DNA of 64,000 nucleotides from a virus. Numbering within the stretch: the stretch's first letter is position 1; every line of letters begins with the position of its first letter. The stretch is taken from IMG/VR virus record IMGVR_UViG_3300043403_000102, positions 18,089 to 82,088 of that record. The stretch is one strand, 5' to 3'. Shown in pieces: positions 37,968 to 47,368 of this stretch. The position numbers and the translations under genes are program-made. Under the pieces are notes generated by a model. It saw only the letters and a list, made by a program, of their open reading frames with translations, was not told where the DNA came from and ran no database searches.

Positions 37968-38588
37968 CTACAGCGCTCCTTCGATCCCCTTGTTGGTGCA
38001 CTGACGGCGAACGCGCTCTTCGAGCTTGCCGTCCTTGTGAATCTTGTCGATGGCGGGGCTGATGTTCGCATCACGCAGGTGCTCGACGAACTTCCACACG
38101 TCGGCGTAGGTCTTGGCGCCGCTGTCTCGGATGGCGTCGACGATCTCACCGAGCAGGGTCATGCGTGCGTAGGCAGACACGTCCGTCGAAATGACTGTGC
38201 CCTTGGCTTTAACGGGTGCCTGCGCCGCCGGTGGCTCCTCGTCCATCTCGCGCTTGATATCCGCCGAGGTCATGGTCGACAGCGTCGGCGGTACCACGGG
38301 GGCTGCGCCACCGAGCGTAAGCTTGGGCTTAATCCCAATTGTAAGCGGGGGCGCGGCGGCCGAGCCCGGACCCCCGCGAAGCAGTGCGGGAGCTTCGGTG
38401 AATATCTCCTTGAGCTGAACTGTCGCTTCGGCCGTCGAAGGCGGGGCCGCTTCGGGCGCAATCCCGAGAAGCTGCTGCACCTCCTTCCATGAAGTTACCC
38501 CCTCAATGGTCAAGGCGTGGCCAGTCCAGTTGATGCCGTACGCATTGCCGTTAATTTTTATCGCGGCCGAGATCGCTCTTATTTCCAT
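37968..38588 (-). CDS. Hypothetical protein
   Basis: Start MEIRAIS with AAAGGA RBS downstream of promoter copy 7. Confidence 0.6.
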   Translation of the reverse strand: MEIRAISAAIKINGNAYGINWTGHALTIEGVTSWKEVQQLLGIAPEAAPPSTAEATVQLKEIFTEAPALLRGGPGSAAAPPLTIGIKPKLTLGGAAPVVPPTLSTMTSADIKREMDEEPPAAQAPVKAKGTVISTDVSAYARMTLLGEIVDAIRDSGAKTYADVWKFVEHLRDANISPAIDKIHKDGKLEERVRRQCTNKGIEGAL

Positions 38589-38626
38589 GGTCGTTTGGTC
38601 CTTTTCTTCTTGCTTGTGCTGAATTG

Positions 38627-38653
38627 TATTTAGGGAAGGGGTCCGGGGTTTAC
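38627..38653 (-). promoter_or_regulatory. Phage promoter GTAAAC-N15-TAAATA (copy 7)
   Basis: Same boxes with a 15-nt spacer. Confidence 0.7.
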
Positions 38654-39501
38654 CCCACGATGTACCGATCGACCTCTCGCTTGAGCACGCCCGGGTCGGT
38701 GCCGGGGGGCAGGTGACACCAGCGCACGTCGTCGGCTCCTCGCAGGCGTAGACGCATCGCCAGGGCCGCGCACTCCTCCCAAGCGTCACCGTCGAGGCAA
38801 AAGATGATGCGTGATCCTGTTACCTCGACGGCTTCCAACCAGGCAAGCTGCTCCTCGGTGACGTTCTTGCCGAACGTGGCCACACCACACGGATACAGTG
38901 CAAGCGCATCGAGAACGCCCTCGACCACGTAGACGCTGGCCTTCCATCCGAGATCCTGCCCCCAAAGGGTCCCTCGACGGTTCATGCCTTTTGGGTATAG
39001 ATACTTAGGCTCGACCTTCGGGTGAATTGTGCGCGCGCTGAAGCCCGCATACTGCCCGGAGACAATGTGCGGAACGATGATGCGCCCGGCATAGTACCCC
39101 CGCGCAGCCACAAGCACCCCGGCTTGAAGTGCCTCCTCAAGCAGGTTGCGCTTGCGCAGGTAGGCGATGAATGCACGATGGTCAGAAGATCTTGGGTCAA
39201 GGGGATCGGCGTCCTCGGGCATCGGTTCGAGGGTGACCTCGACCTTGACCTTCTCGGCCAGCACCTCAACGTCTAAGATCTCAGAAACGTCGGCCTTGCC
39301 ACCCGAGCCGCAGCGATAGCAGTTGTACAGGCCGTTCTCGGCGTTGAGCTGCATCTTGTACTTGCGGTCGGCTTCGCCGGTCTTTAGCTCGCAGAACGGG
39401 CAGCACGTCGCATACTCCCCTCGGGCGTTGGGGCCCTTGGTGCCGTGCTCGGCCACCGCACGCGCGATGACCTTCGAGACCTTGGTGAGGGGCTTCTTCA
39501 T
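38650..39501 (-). CDS. DNA primase (zinc finger plus TOPRIM)
   Basis: CCPFC...YNCYRC, PKYL, VVEGVLDA, CLDGDA. Confidence 0.9.
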   Translation of the reverse strand: MKKPLTKVSKVIARAVAEHGTKGPNARGEYATCCPFCELKTGEADRKYKMQLNAENGLYNCYRCGSGGKADVSEILDVEVLAEKVKVEVTLEPMPEDADPLDPRSSDHRAFIAYLRKRNLLEEALQAGVLVAARGYYAGRIIVPHIVSGQYAGFSARTIHPKVEPKYLYPKGMNRRGTLWGQDLGWKASVYVVEGVLDALALYPCGVATFGKNVTEEQLAWLEAVEVTGSRIIFCLDGDAWEECAALAMRLRLRGADDVRWCHLPPGTDPGVLKREVDRYIVG

Positions 39502-40835
39502 AGGGCACCTTCCTCGTCAGCCGTGAGCGCCTGACCCCCGCGAATGAACTGCCCATAGGCGAAGCCATTGTGGTACGGGCCGACGACCGCCCCGCTTTGA
39601 GCATACCGGCACCACCCGACGTTCAACCTTACGAGGCCGTTCTGTCGCTCCTCCTCGGTGCCGCAGATGGCGATACCAACGTCCGAGATCGCAGCCTTCA
39701 TGAAGCTGTCCGCGATGTCCGCCATCGACACGACCTCCTTCGATAAGCTGTCTCGCTTAGCCCACGACGCCGTCCAAAAGCGCGTGCGGTACTTCACGGC
39801 AAGGCCTCGAAGCTCGGAGTACACCCCGCCGAGCGCCCCGTACTTGTTGTCAAAGGACCCTAGGCTTTGCATAAGGTCGCCCGAGTCCACGATGACCACG
39901 GTGGGTTCAAGCCCACGTTCGGCACGCAACATCTGGAGATGCTCGTCGATGTCCTTGGCCGTGGTGCTGTAGCTAGGGAACTGCTTGATGACGAGACAGC
40001 CCCCCATCGTGTTGACGAAGTCCATGACCTTCGAGTTAACGAAGTCGGCGCGCTTGTTCAGCTCGTCGATGAGCACGTCGGCGATGGACGCGTCGATGCG
40101 ATCGATAAGGTCCGACTCGCTCATCTCAAGGCTGTAGTACACGACGGTGCCCCCGCACTCCATCGTGTACTTTGCGATATGTCCCAGCAGTTGGCTCTTG
40201 CCGAACTTGGGGGCCCCGAGGATGGTGCCGAGTTCACCGGCAGCCAGGCCCCCACGGATCATGTCGTCAAGGTCCGAAATACCGGTACCCAGACGAGGGG
40301 GGCGCTTGTTGAGGCGCCGTGCCTCGGTACGGGTTTCGAGGTCGCCTAGGTAGTCCGCGCCCATGCTGATGTCGACGAGACCGATGCTGGCGGCCTTGTC
40401 GATCTTGGCGCGGATGGCCTCGTAATCCCCGCGCGGAAGGATGGCGAGGGATTCGTTCATGGCGTTCCACATCGCCACCTTGCGGGCCTCGCCTAGGAAG
40501 GCCTCTTGGACAAATAGGCCGTCCGCTCGTGGGATCTCCTCGGCGTACTCGAAAGCCTGGGACGCGCCGATGAGTTGGTCGTTGGTGACCTTGCCCGAGT
40601 TTACCCGTGCGCGGATGTCCTGAAGGACGACGATGCTAGTCGGGGGTTTGTTGTGGCGCTTGTACAGGGCAACGGCGGACTCGACGATGAGTTGAAGCTC
40701 AGGCTTCCCCATACGAGCTGGTGCCAAGAACGGAGCCACACGCTGGAACAAGAGGGGGTCTGCGAAGAACTGATAGATGGACGCATACTGGAAGTCGACT
40801 TCAAAGGGATAGGGCTCGGTTGAGGGTGCGGGCAC
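39498..40835 (-). CDS. Replicative DNA helicase (DnaB-like)
   Basis: TGISDLD, GAPKFGKS, YSLEMS, VIVDSGD, LRGLA, IADS. Confidence 0.88.
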   Translation of the reverse strand: MPAPSTEPYPFEVDFQYASIYQFFADPLLFQRVAPFLAPARMGKPELQLIVESAVALYKRHNKPPTSIVVLQDIRARVNSGKVTNDQLIGASQAFEYAEEIPRADGLFVQEAFLGEARKVAMWNAMNESLAILPRGDYEAIRAKIDKAASIGLVDISMGADYLGDLETRTEARRLNKRPPRLGTGISDLDDMIRGGLAAGELGTILGAPKFGKSQLLGHIAKYTMECGGTVVYYSLEMSESDLIDRIDASIADVLIDELNKRADFVNSKVMDFVNTMGGCLVIKQFPSYSTTAKDIDEHLQMLRAERGLEPTVVIVDSGDLMQSLGSFDNKYGALGGVYSELRGLAVKYRTRFWTASWAKRDSLSKEVVSMADIADSFMKAAISDVGIAICGTEEERQNGLVRLNVGWCRYAQSGAVVGPYHNGFAYGQFIRGGQALTADEEGAL

Positions 40836-41331
40836 TTTCGATCCATTCTCGCCACTGGCGGCGTCGGTCGGCCTTAGACTGGTACGTTAACGGAGCAAGC
40901 ACTTCACCGGAACGTTGCCGATAATAAGGCAACCAACAAATCACCGCCTTCAAACTGATAACCTCGCTGCGATAAGGGGTGCGCCCCTTCAACTGACGCA
41001 TGCGGCGCATGACAAAGGTGACGTAAGCGTCGAAGCTGACACGAGCCCGTATAATGAGCACCGCTGCCGTCGAATAGGCAGCGCGTTGGTTTTCCGTGAT
41101 GATCGAACGGGTGTTAGGCTTGGTAAGCAGGTTGCGCTCGTAGGCGACGAGCAACCTATCGACGGCCGAGTCAAGGTTGATGAACCCGTTCGGTAGGTTG
41201 TCAGGCCGCTTGATCTCATCACGAGACACGGCATCCATGGGGGGTGGTGCAACCCATTCACCGGGGCACAGAGCACCCAGCGATCTACCTATGCGCTTGT
41301 CGTTCGTCCATATGGGGGGTCGTCGCTGCAT
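40801..41331 (-). CDS. Hypothetical protein (possible replication accessory)
   Basis: 176 aa, directly upstream of the helicase, GAGGA RBS. Confidence 0.55.
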   Translation of the reverse strand: MQRRPPIWTNDKRIGRSLGALCPGEWVAPPPMDAVSRDEIKRPDNLPNGFINLDSAVDRLLVAYERNLLTKPNTRSIITENQRAAYSTAAVLIIRARVSFDAYVTFVMRRMRQLKGRTPYRSEVISLKAVICWLPYYRQRSGEVLAPLTYQSKADRRRQWREWIESARTLNRALSL

Positions 41332-41347
41332 TGGTCCTCTCGATGTC

Positions 41348-41373
41348 TATTTAGATTGAGGTGGTTGGTTTAC
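41348..41373 (-). promoter_or_regulatory. Phage promoter GTAAAC-N14-TAAATA (copy 8)
   Basis: Exact motif upstream of the helicase-primase operon. Confidence 0.75.
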
Positions 41374-41716
41374 CTGTAAGAACCTCACGCACCGCAAGTG
41401 CTGCGGTTTGCCAAGCACCTACCTGCTGCGCAGCCGGAAGCCTGTCAAGGCTCAAGGCCAAACGGGCTGCCAGCGTACACAACAAACCAACCCCTGGGGC
41501 TAGAAGATGATCGGCGGTTAGACGATCGCGGAGGTGTGCAAGAACGCACACCTCTAAACTCGTTGGGGTATCAGCACGCCACACACCACGCTGCTTAAGT
41601 AGGTTGACGACTTCGATCACACCATCAACGGCATCATTCGATGTCGCAAGGTGCCTATGCATGTGTCGTTGCGCCTTCGTAGGCAGGCCTGTATTTACCC
41701 ATCTCTTCTTCATCAA
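41351..41716 (-). CDS. Hypothetical protein
   Basis: 121 aa ORF with GAGG RBS. Confidence 0.5.
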   Translation of the reverse strand: MMKKRWVNTGLPTKAQRHMHRHLATSNDAVDGVIEVVNLLKQRGVWRADTPTSLEVCVLAHLRDRLTADHLLAPGVGLLCTLAARLALSLDRLPAAQQVGAWQTAALAVREVLTGKPTTSI

Positions 41717-41788
41717 TTACCCCTCTCTTTCCTGCTTTGAATACACCCCGGCCTTTCCACCCCTTTGACATTCCCTTGTGCTGTAACC

Positions 41789-42552
41789 CAGCAGGGGAGA
41801 CGTCACGTCTGGTGTAGATGCCTTGCGTCTGAAAGAGTGAATGATCTACTGCTGCTAACTCAGGTCGTACTAGCTGCGAGGCTTAGCAAGGAGATCTCCT
41901 ATATCGACCCTGATGGTTGAACACGTCGGGGGCACTTCCGTTCCCCGTGCTTGCCATATCTTCAATCCATCGAAGGTCTTCGATGAGGGTCCCCCCTCAT
42001 CAGGCGATCTCAACGCGGCCGACGCTATGCTGTACAGCGTGGGTGGTTGAGGCAATTTTTGTCAATTGGACGCTTAAGTCTCTGACAGTAGATCAAAGCG
42101 ACTCGCTTTGTGCTGTTCGATCTCGCTATATGGCCAAGGACCGCGAGCTTGAGGTCGTGTCCCTCTGGAAGCCGCTTGCCCATCTACATCCTCCCGTCGC
42201 CCGGACTGCTCCGCCGTAACATCATTCTCTGTCGATCTTGAATCCGTACCTAGGTCGCAGTCGGTTGACGCTGCGACAAACTGCTTACGGTGATGCACTC
42301 GACATGAAGTTTGATGCCACCTCGTGGCGGTAGAAACGGTGCCCCTTTGAAAGCCAAGGCATGTAGTTGCACTTCACTAGCGTTGAGATCGGTTTTGTTT
42401 GTCAACCAGCATCAGTTGTCGTATTCTGCGAAAGCTCGGTTAACAACCGAGGGCAGCATCTGAGATTGGTTTCTTTGTGGTGATTGTTTCCCTCTCTTGG
42501 CTGCTGTTGAGCCCCCACCGAGTTCGAGCTCGGCTGGGGGCTTTTCCTTTTT
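41789..42552 (+). ncRNA. Candidate large structured ncRNA
   Basis: No convincing ORF; many local hairpins and 10-12 bp long-range complements; ends in a plus-strand terminator. Confidence 0.55.
42509..42552 (+). terminator. Rho-independent terminator
   Basis: GAGCCCCCA-CCGAG...CTCGG-TGGGGGCTT followed by a T-rich tail on the plus strand. Confidence 0.7.
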
Positions 42553-42635
42553 CAAGGAAGCTCCGGGGTTAATGATGCGCGGCAATTATTACCTCTGGTC
42601 CAGGCCCGAGGGGTAGGAAATTTTTCAGCCTGTTT

Positions 42636-42959
42636 CTAATTGCCTGAATCCTTTGGGGTTTTTTCTTCCGACCGGACCACGTGCTTGGCGATGAACTCGT
42701 CGTACTTCAGGCCCGTGAGGCCCTTGCACATGGCGTCCATCAGGGTCCGTTGCCGGTCAAGGGCCCCGCTGAGAAGGCCGATCATCCGGTCGGCCCTTCG
42801 GTTGACCTCGCGCAGCCTGACGTGGTGGGCGGCCAATGAGATTGCCAAGATCCCCAGAATCGGCCCCGTGAACCACGTTGGGGAGTGACGCACCAGCAGG
42901 TACCCCAACCCCGCCGAGAACCCCACCACGAGGGCTGCCTGCACCTTGTTGGAGGTCAT
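42636..42959 (-). CDS. Membrane protein (2 predicted TM helices)
   Basis: Two hydrophobic N-terminal segments. Confidence 0.55.
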   Translation of the reverse strand: MTSNKVQAALVVGFSAGLGYLLVRHSPTWFTGPILGILAISLAAHHVRLREVNRRADRMIGLLSGALDRQRTLMDAMCKGLTGLKYDEFIAKHVVRSEEKTPKDSGN

Positions 42960-43168
42960 GATGTGATGTCACCTACGTCGTCGTCTTCGTACTCCCCGTC
43001 GAACCCGCACCGGCAGCAGGGCTTCTCATCCCACCAGCAAGCGCAGTGCTTCTTGTCTTCGCTGTCCTTGCAGTACCCGTGCTCGGGCCTATTGGTTCTC
43101 TCCATCTCGGCGATGGCCGCGTTTACGTAGGCGATGGCGGCATCGAGTGCTTTGGTGTTGTTGCTCAT
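42956..43168 (-). CDS. Small Cys-rich protein
   Basis: C...HCACWW...CCRC. Confidence 0.55.
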   Translation of the reverse strand: MSNNTKALDAAIAYVNAAIAEMERTNRPEHGYCKDSEDKKHCACWWDEKPCCRCGFDGEYEDDDVGDITS

Positions 43169-44562
43169 AGGCGCCCCCTCATCAACTGGGTCTCTTCGTT
43201 CGATACCAGGCGCACGTCATGTCCCGTCTGAGCGTACAGGGTCCTGCGGGTGCGCGCGTGGTCCTCAAGCCAGGGGTTGCCTATGTCGGCGAGATCCCAC
43301 ACCTCGCACGTCGTCTTCCCCTCGGCGATGCGCTTCACACGCCCTATGCGCTGGATGATCTTGATGGTGGACTTGCCAGCCCCCGCCACAACCACAGAGG
43401 CCAGCTCAGGGATGTCCACCCCCTCGTCGAATACAGGGGTAGCAATCGCAACGTCGAGTTCGCCCCTGCGCATGCGATTGATGGTGTCGAGTCGGCTCAA
43501 GGCCCCATCAGCCCCGTGCACGAGTCGAACAGTGACCCCTAGGCGCTTCTCAAGCAACGGCTTTAGGGCCTTGCCATGTTCAAGGTGACTGACGAACACC
43601 AAGCACGGCTTCGCCGCGCCCTTGACGATCGCTGCGATGGTCAGGTTGCGGGTCTCGCTCGTCGCGACCAGCGCATGGTACGCGTCCTGCCACGTCTCCG
43701 CGGTCAGCCTTTGAATGCACGGCACGAGTCGCACGACGGGGGCCGACAGCTTCCCCAGGTCCACCAGGCCCTGCTCCCTGGCCGAATAGATCGGCTCCCC
43801 CAACGCCCCCACCACCAGAACGTTCCGGCTGTCCCCGCGCTCAAGCGGCGTGGCCGAGAACCCGAACCGCCAATAGGCGTTGTGTGTCGCGTTAAGAACG
43901 GGCAGGAAACCCGTGGCTGAAGCGGTGTGGCATTCGTCTACGATAAGGCCCCTGGCTTCGCCCAGGAGGCGCTGGACGTGGGCCGTGCCCAAACCCCTAG
44001 CCAGGGTCTGGAACGTCGCCACGGTCGCGCGCTGGGGGTCCCAGGTACCGTCCCCGACGGTGCCGCAGGTCTCCCCGGTCCTGGAGGTAATCCGGGCGGC
44101 CAACTGGCCCAGGAGGGACGTCGTATGGACCAGGACGACCCAGGGCCCCGGGATGGCTGCAACCAGGGCGGCTATGACCTCGCCCTTGCCTGCCCCGGTG
44201 GGGGCCTTGACCAGCCCTCGACCGGCCTTCAGGCAGGCCGCCAGCATCTGGGGCTGCTCTCGTTCGGTGTCGAGCCAGGACGTGTCGGCCTTCGAATCGG
44301 GTTCGATGCGGGTCCGCCGGTCCAAGATATCAACCCGGTGCCCTGCTCGCTCGGCCCCTCGGCGCACGGGCCCCAGGAACCCCGTGGGGAATGTATTCGC
44401 CACCGCGTTGAACATCCGCTGACGTGTGTCCCCTCGGGGCACCCTTGCTCCTGGGATGCGGGCCTGTGGGGGTTGGAAGCTCAGGTACCCGTCGAGCCAG
44501 GCGTGCTCGGCAGCCGTGCCGTTGACGACGCGGGTGTCTACGTTCCCGATGTGTAGGTGCAT
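43165..44562 (-). CDS. Superfamily 2 DNA helicase (UvsW/DEAH-like)
   Basis: APTGAGKG, VDECH, SATP, DEGVDIP, IQRIGR. Confidence 0.92.
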   Translation of the reverse strand: MHLHIGNVDTRVVNGTAAEHAWLDGYLSFQPPQARIPGARVPRGDTRQRMFNAVANTFPTGFLGPVRRGAERAGHRVDILDRRTRIEPDSKADTSWLDTEREQPQMLAACLKAGRGLVKAPTGAGKGEVIAALVAAIPGPWVVLVHTTSLLGQLAARITSRTGETCGTVGDGTWDPQRATVATFQTLARGLGTAHVQRLLGEARGLIVDECHTASATGFLPVLNATHNAYWRFGFSATPLERGDSRNVLVVGALGEPIYSAREQGLVDLGKLSAPVVRLVPCIQRLTAETWQDAYHALVATSETRNLTIAAIVKGAAKPCLVFVSHLEHGKALKPLLEKRLGVTVRLVHGADGALSRLDTINRMRRGELDVAIATPVFDEGVDIPELASVVVAGAGKSTIKIIQRIGRVKRIAEGKTTCEVWDLADIGNPWLEDHARTRRTLYAQTGHDVRLVSNEETQLMRGRL

Positions 44563-44566
44563 CGGG

Positions 44567-44821
44567 TCACGCGCGCTTGCCGTAGGCGGGTCCGCACAAG
44601 GTCTTGAGGTCGCCCGCGTGGACGAACACCCGCTTCAAGCCCGCGCGCTGCGTGCGCAGAACCTGCTTGGCGATCCATCCGTACACCGTTGATAGGGGCG
44701 TTCCACTCACGCGTGCGGCCTCCGATGGAGTGATCCAGCCATCTTTAGCGAGCGCGGCCGCAAGTCGCGGTTGCTTAGGTCCTGGAGGACAGCCGCGCGG
44801 TTTCATTGGTGTTGGGGCCAT
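44567..44821 (-). CDS. Helix-turn-helix DNA-binding protein (excisionase/MerR-like)
   Basis: ITPSEAARVSGTPLSTVYGWI. Confidence 0.7.
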   Translation of the reverse strand: MAPTPMKPRGCPPGPKQPRLAAALAKDGWITPSEAARVSGTPLSTVYGWIAKQVLRTQRAGLKRVFVHAGDLKTLCGPAYGKRA

Positions 44822-44831
44822 GAGGGTTTGC

Positions 44832-45488
44832 TCAACTTTCTTGTGGTTGGGGGAAACGACGGCACAACTCAAGCAGCCCGCTTTCGAGGGTGGTACCATA
44901 CCGCAGGGCGGTGGCTTTGATCTCGTCGCGGTCTTCGGCCGCGTCCAGCACGAGCCGCAGGGCGTATCGTTTCTGGTTGGTCATCGAGGCCTCCTCGGTT
45001 TGGAGGCCCCCGCCCTCGCCGTAGGCCCCGGGCCCCAGGTCGTCGAAGGTGTTGGTCTGGGCCAGGTCCTTGAGCATCAGCTCGATGTCCCCGCCCGAGA
45101 ACCCCGTCAGCGTGAGGTCGGGGAACTTGAGGTCGCTCAGATCTTTGAGCACCAGCGCGGCCTTGGCTAGGTCGGTGGTCCCACGCAGACGATTCAGCGA
45201 CAGCATCGCCGCCGCGGCCTGGGGGTCTTCGAGGTGGTCCGCAATCAACACGGGGATCTCTTTGAGCCCTGCGGCCTGGGCAGCACGGAATCGATGGTGC
45301 CCGTCGACCAGCACGAACCCATCATTGCCCGTGCGCACGGTCACCGGTTGGATAAATCCGAGCTTGGCGATGGCGTTCGTCAACATCTCGAACTCCGACG
45401 GGTCCATCGCGTTGGGGTTGATGCCTGGGTTCTCCTGTATCGCGGTGACCTTGAGATACTTCAGTTGGGGCTTCGGGGCTGCGGTCAT
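44832..45488 (-). CDS. ParB/Srx-like protein
   Basis: NPNAM, GFIQPV, LVDGHHRFRAA, NRLRG. Confidence 0.85.
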   Translation of the reverse strand: MTAAPKPQLKYLKVTAIQENPGINPNAMDPSEFEMLTNAIAKLGFIQPVTVRTGNDGFVLVDGHHRFRAAQAAGLKEIPVLIADHLEDPQAAAAMLSLNRLRGTTDLAKAALVLKDLSDLKFPDLTLTGFSGGDIELMLKDLAQTNTFDDLGPGAYGEGGGLQTEEASMTNQKRYALRLVLDAAEDRDEIKATALRYGTTLESGLLELCRRFPQPQES

Positions 45489-46099
45489 GGTCTCAGATCC
45501 TCCAGGGTGCCTAGTTCGTTCAGTTCTTCGTACAGATTCCAAAGCTCCACGTCCGAGCGCAAGGCCTCCTTCACTTGGCTGCACATCCGGTAGAACTGCC
45601 TCGTGGTGACACCGAGTTGCTCGGCCCGCTCTTGAGACGCCCCGTTGTAGACGTCGGCGAGCGTGTGCTCTCGAACGACCGCACGCGCCTGCTCGGGTAC
45701 CTGCTCTAGGGCATTGTCGAGTAGGCGGTGGAACTTGCGACGCGCGTCCCTAAGGGCCTGCGTGCGTTCGACGTTCAACGCGGCGACCTCGGGCGTGGAC
45801 CCCTCGTCATCGAGCCAGCCCTCGGCCGCGTCTAGGTCGACCGCGTGCTTGATGCCCCTCGCGGCTTCCCAGTTGTCATGTATCGAATACGGACAGATCG
45901 TCCGCGCGACAAAGTTCCCCAGCTCCCTGCTCACGGCCACGTACGTGTATCCGGGGGCCTTGATGCCCTTGTCCCAAGTCGACAGAGCAATCCGCCATGC
46001 CTCCTGCTGCAGGTCCTCGGCATCGACGTTGTAGTATTTACGCTGAGCGTTCTTGATGACGTCGCGCATGACTTTGGCCTGCTCGCTTGTAATTTCCAT
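45485..46099 (-). CDS. Phage RNA polymerase sigma factor (sigma70/ECF-like)
   Basis: Region 2-like DAEDLQQEAW; region 4-like ALEQVPEQARAVV...ERAEQLGVT. Confidence 0.7.
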   Translation of the reverse strand: MEITSEQAKVMRDVIKNAQRKYYNVDAEDLQQEAWRIALSTWDKGIKAPGYTYVAVSRELGNFVARTICPYSIHDNWEAARGIKHAVDLDAAEGWLDDEGSTPEVAALNVERTQALRDARRKFHRLLDNALEQVPEQARAVVREHTLADVYNGASQERAEQLGVTTRQFYRMCSQVKEALRSDVELWNLYEELNELGTLEDLRP

Positions 46100-46135
46100 C
46101 GCCGTTGGTCCCTTCGAAAGTGAGAGTGAGAAACT

Positions 46136-46177
46136 ATATAGAGCCGGGGGAGAAAGTAAATACCCCCGGCTCTATAT
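46136..46177. terminator. Perfect 15-bp stem-loop (terminator or processing site)
   Basis: ATATAGAGCCGGGGG-N12-CCCCCGGCTCTATAT between the AAA ATPase and sigma genes. Confidence 0.6.
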
Positions 46178-46188
46178 TCGACTGATGC

Positions 46189-47334
46189 TTAGGGCATGAT
46201 GCCTGCGGTCCTAAAGATCGGCTCGAGCTGATACAGGACCTTCGTCGCCGCCGAACCCTTGGACAGCTTCGCCCGGCATAGGAGCTTGGCCGCAGGGAAC
46301 ACCAGGTCCGCCGAAGTCTCGACGGATTTGATCATCAGCTCCCAGAGCTTGTCGGCCCGAGCGTCGCGCTTGGCTGCGTTCGTCGGGATGACCAGGGCTG
46401 CGCACCCTTGGTACACGGCCAGCGTGCGATCGAGGCGCTTGTCGGGCTTCCAAGTCGTTTTGCCGTCGAGAAGCTCCTCGAAGTCGGGTAGGTCGGCAGC
46501 CTCGCAGTAAACCAGAAACTCGGAGGCTGCTCCCTCTCCCACGCAGCCGCTTAGCAGTTGCTGCGCCTCGATGGTACCTAGGCCGTGGATTGCGCCGCCC
46601 GCGATGGCCCGGGTGGCGACCTCCCAAGTGCGCAGCGAGGCCCACGCCTTCGACGCGTTCGGGTCTTCGGGCTTCGGGGTCTTGCGCAGCAGCTCGGGCC
46701 GCCGCGAGATGAACCCCGTGGTCAGGCCCGTGGCATTCGCGTAGGCAACCGGCCACTTAGCCATGACCATCTCCTCCAACGCTTCGGGGTCAGCGTTGCC
46801 CCCGATGGCCGCGCTCCCCGCGCCGCCGATCATGTAATCAATCCAATCGGTGTGACTCGGGGCATCCCAGCGCCAGTGAATGAACCGGTTTGCCATCGGC
46901 ATCGGAAGGTCGGTGCCGTCGGCCGACATCTCGACGGGGTTCTGAGAGGCCAGGATGCGCACCCTGCGATTGAGCTTGGTCTCACCGATCACCCGCTCGA
47001 ACACCACCCGAAGCAAGGCCTTCTGAACCATGGCAGGGGCCGTGTTGAACTCGTCGAAGTGGATCACGCCACCCCCTGCCGTGTTCAGCCGCGTGGCATA
47101 GGCCGGGGGCAGATACGAAAGCGCCCCCTTCTCGACCCAGGGCATCCCGAGGAAGTCCGATGGTTCGCGCAGGGACGCGATGACGGTCTCGCACAGGAGA
47201 CCGAGCTCGCCGCAGGTGCGTTCGACTACCGAGCTCTTGGCGGTACCGGGCTCGCCGGTGAACAAGGTCGGGAGTCCCCAGCCGTGAGGGCCTGGCGTGA
47301 AGAGAACGGTCTTGAGCATTGCTGATAGGTTCAT
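46189..47334 (-). CDS. MoxR-like AAA+ ATPase
   Basis: GEPGTAKS, HFDEFN, ASQNP, ANRF. Confidence 0.88.
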   Translation of the reverse strand: MNLSAMLKTVLFTPGPHGWGLPTLFTGEPGTAKSSVVERTCGELGLLCETVIASLREPSDFLGMPWVEKGALSYLPPAYATRLNTAGGGVIHFDEFNTAPAMVQKALLRVVFERVIGETKLNRRVRILASQNPVEMSADGTDLPMPMANRFIHWRWDAPSHTDWIDYMIGGAGSAAIGGNADPEALEEMVMAKWPVAYANATGLTTGFISRRPELLRKTPKPEDPNASKAWASLRTWEVATRAIAGGAIHGLGTIEAQQLLSGCVGEGAASEFLVYCEAADLPDFEELLDGKTTWKPDKRLDRTLAVYQGCAALVIPTNAAKRDARADKLWELMIKSVETSADLVFPAAKLLCRAKLSKGSAATKVLYQLEPIFRTAGIMP

Positions 47335-47368
47335 GGTGTGATGGTCCTTTCGATTCAGGTCTGTGACG

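Noticed and set aside
41789-42552. Group II intron, tRNA cluster or CRISPR array
   Set aside because: No domain V, cloverleaf or regularly spaced repeats recognised by eye, and no gene is interrupted. An Rfam search is still needed.
44567-44821. Excisionase as evidence of a temperate lifestyle
   Set aside because: A generic HTH; no integrase or att site in the window, so lifestyle cannot be called.
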